A stretch of 64,000 nucleotides of DNA from a bacterium (GTDB lineage Bacteria; Zhuqueibacterota; Zhuqueibacteria; Residuimicrobiales; Krinioviventaceae). Numbering within the stretch: the first letter of the stretch is position 1; each line of letters begins with the position of its first letter. Where the stretch lies: assembly GCA_963675755.2 (NCBI GenBank), contig CAXXMD010000002.1, forward strand, positions 2,336,001 through 2,400,000. The letters are read 5' to 3'. The translations under genes were made by a program, and so were the position numbers. This document shows positions 62,185 through 64,000 of the stretch, in pieces. The notes under the pieces are model-generated. The model searched no databases and was not told where the DNA came from. It saw only the letters and a program-made list of their open reading frames with translations.

Positions 62185-62201
62185 TGGCACACAAGTTGAA
62201 T
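62185..62201 (+). promoter_or_regulatory. sigma54 -24/-12 promoter (GA variant at -12)
   Basis: TTTTGGCAC-ACAAG-TTGAAT ending about 50 nt before ATG 62250. Confidence 0.7.
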
Positions 62202-62249
62202 ATAGAGATAGTGAAAGCAACAAGAACCATCAATAAAGAGGAAATTGAA

Positions 62250-63266
62250 ATGTTTGCATACAATATGAAATCGACTAAAACCTGGCTCTTAATCAGCCTG
62301 ACACTGCTTATCGTTATGAGTGGTTTTGCAAATGCACAAGTTGCAAAAAATGTTTGGATGTATATTTATAATTCAGATGGCTCCGCACCTTCCACTGGCG
62401 ATATTAAAATCACTGCATACCTGCAAAAAAATCCATCGGACAAACTGATCTCATCCAATAGCGAAAATGGCTGGATTTATGACATTAACACCAAATGGGG
62501 TTTTTACCCAAACCCGGAAGATGCCGGCTCAACCAATGCAACTGTTGGTGACATTCTGGTTATTGAATGTCTGAATACCAGTGGCAATCAGTTTGATGGT
62601 GAATTCAAAGCAATATCGGGAACCTTGAACGAAAACATGACACAACAATTTGGTAGCAATAATTTTTCACTTCCCGTTGAATTGGCAAATTTTAAAGCAA
62701 ATGTTGATCAGGGTATTGTTAACCTTGAATGGAGCACCGAGTCTGAAACTATCAACCTTGGCTTTAACATTTACCGCAGCGAAGCTGGAAAAAATGATTA
62801 TCAAAAAATTAATACCACACTGATTCCAGGATCAGGCACCACCACAGAAAAACATTCTTATTCTTATAATGACGAAACTGCAGAATATGGAAAAACATAT
62901 AGCTACAAAATCCAGAATGTAGACTCTGACGGAAGCCAAAAATTCTACTCTTCACTTTCAGTAGAAATTGATTCTGAACAAGTACCAGCAAAATTTGATT
63001 TGTCACAAAATTACCCAAATCCTTTTAATCCGGTAACTACTATTAATTACAGTCTTGCTGAAAACAGTGATGTTACTCTCACTATTTTCAACACCCTGGG
63101 TGAAGTAGTAAACGTACTGGTAAATGAATCTCAAACTGCAGGCAGCTATAACGTAACCTGGAACGGCCTTTCAAGTGCCGGCACCAAAGTAGCTTCAGGA
63201 ATGTACTTTTACCAGATTCAGGCTGGTAACTTTAATCAAGTTAAAAAGATGATGTTGTCCAAATAA
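62250..63266 (+). CDS. Secreted protein with unknown N-domain, LPVEL/FN3-like segment and FlgD-Ig/T9SS-type C-terminal domain
   Basis: Signal ANA-Q; LPVELANF...WSTESETINLGFNIYRS; LSQNYPNPFNP...GMYFYQI...KKMMLSK; start moved to ATG 62250 after AAGAGG. Confidence 0.85.
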   Translation: MFAYNMKSTKTWLLISLTLLIVMSGFANAQVAKNVWMYIYNSDGSAPSTGDIKITAYLQKNPSDKLISSNSENGWIYDINTKWGFYPNPEDAGSTNATVGDILVIECLNTSGNQFDGEFKAISGTLNENMTQQFGSNNFSLPVELANFKANVDQGIVNLEWSTESETINLGFNIYRSEAGKNDYQKINTTLIPGSGTTTEKHSYSYNDETAEYGKTYSYKIQNVDSDGSQKFYSSLSVEIDSEQVPAKFDLSQNYPNPFNPVTTINYSLAENSDVTLTIFNTLGEVVNVLVNESQTAGSYNVTWNGLSSAGTKVASGMYFYQIQAGNFNQVKKMMLSK

Positions 63267-63297
63267 TTTTGCATAAAATATTAAATTTCATTCCTCT

Positions 63298-63331
63298 ACC
63301 CCTCACAGTTGCAATTGTGAGGGGTTTTTTT
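63298..63331 (+). terminator. Intrinsic terminator
   Basis: ACCCCTCACAGT-TGCA-ATTGTGAGGGGT-T-run. Confidence 0.85.
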
Positions 63332-63416
63332 ATTTATATCAAAAACTGCTTTTCTCTTTATATTAATTATTATACATTTCATTATATATCTCTTTTACCA
63401 AATTTTCAGGTTTGTT

Positions 63417-64000
63417 ATGATTAATATAAAATATATATATGTACTCGTATTATTCCTGTTTTTCATCTCATCTTTTTCCAACCTTTATTCACAATCTCAC
63501 CCTATATGGCAACCTCCGGATGAATTTCAGGCAGTTAGTCCGGATTTTGACGACTATGTGAACCTTTCAGAAACAGAACTACGAAACTATATAGACACAC
63601 GGGGTATTCAAAATTCTACCAATGCAGATATGGCGTATGTGGTATACGATTTTGCAGCACTCTATTATATTACCGGTGATATGGATTACGCTTACAAATC
63701 AGCAATATTGTTGGATGAATACGCAAATGTATTTTCACAATGGCCCCGAAACATTGGTGTTACCCGGGGATACTATATGTGGTGGGATGACTGGTATCAT
63801 CGTGATTTGGGATGGGTTGCAAGGTATCTCCCCCAGGGATATGACATTATCGCAAACAGTGGTGTTTATGAACAAAACGCATCATTGAGCAAAACTAAAA
63901 TCCTTGAATTATTTAGAGATATAATAAATGTTGATTTGCAATATCCAATATTCATGTTTAATTCAGCCGGTACAAGACCATTGGGATTAATGATATTTGC
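63417..64000 (+). CDS. Second heparinase II/III-like secreted protein, paralogue of 57888 (runs off window)
   Basis: Absent from ORF track; manual translation MINIKYIYVLVLFLFFISSFSNLYS...RGYYMWWDDWYHRDLGWVA...MFNSAGTRPLG matches RGYWMWWDNWFHRDLGWVA...MFNSSGSRPMG of 57888. Confidence 0.85.
   Translation, partial: MINIKYIYVLVLFLFFISSFSNLYSQSHPIWQPPDEFQAVSPDFDDYVNLSETELRNYIDTRGIQNSTNADMAYVVYDFAALYYITGDMDYAYKSAILLDEYANVFSQWPRNIGVTRGYYMWWDDWYHRDLGWVARYLPQGYDIIANSGVYEQNASLSKTKILELFRDIINVDLQYPIFMFNSAGTRPLGLMIF

Noticed and set aside
62157-62249. TTG-started extension of the 62250 gene
   Set aside because: Overlaps the sigma54 promoter; RBS and signal peptide fit ATG 62250
63622-63888. 88-aa ORF in the track
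   Set aside because: Out-of-frame shadow of the paralogue starting at 63417

Overview
64 kb of bacterial chromosome with no rRNA, tRNA, CRISPR array, transposase or prophage gene that I could recognise. Canonical sigma70 promoters (including a perfect TTGACA-17-TATAAT), strong Shine-Dalgarno use and a protein ending in a 'QNYPNPFNP...KKMMLSK' (FlgD-Ig/T9SS-type) domain suggest a non-Bacteroidota FCB-related polysaccharide degrader (KSB1/Calditrichota/Ignavibacteria-like; inference). Content: carbohydrate-active and related enzymes (GH106 and GH78 rhamnosidases, GH74-like, sulfatase, PhoD, deacetylase, a frameshifted galM, two heparinase II/III-like paralogues), a GNAT-C39/RLAN-RimK pair, CDF+ABC exporter operon, aceE-aceF-lpdA and citrate synthase, a gammaproteobacterial-type topA, and an HDOD/hybrid kinase/REC/OmpA cluster. 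Best new signals: (1) a ~165-nt candidate sRNA at 51751-51915 with its own promoter and terminator and two 43-nt covarying hairpins, each showing an identical GACCCCCCUAA loop and a C-rich internal loop, inside the signalling cluster; (2) two sigma54-type promoters (TGGCA-N6-TTGAAT) and three helically phased TGTCCA-N6-TGGACA sites in front of a secreted lyase-like cluster whose large member ends in a tandem 95-aa domain with identical residues but many synonymous changes; (3) three REP-like palindromes, two of which bracket an orphan antitoxin cassette. All calls come from motif reading only; no database search was run.
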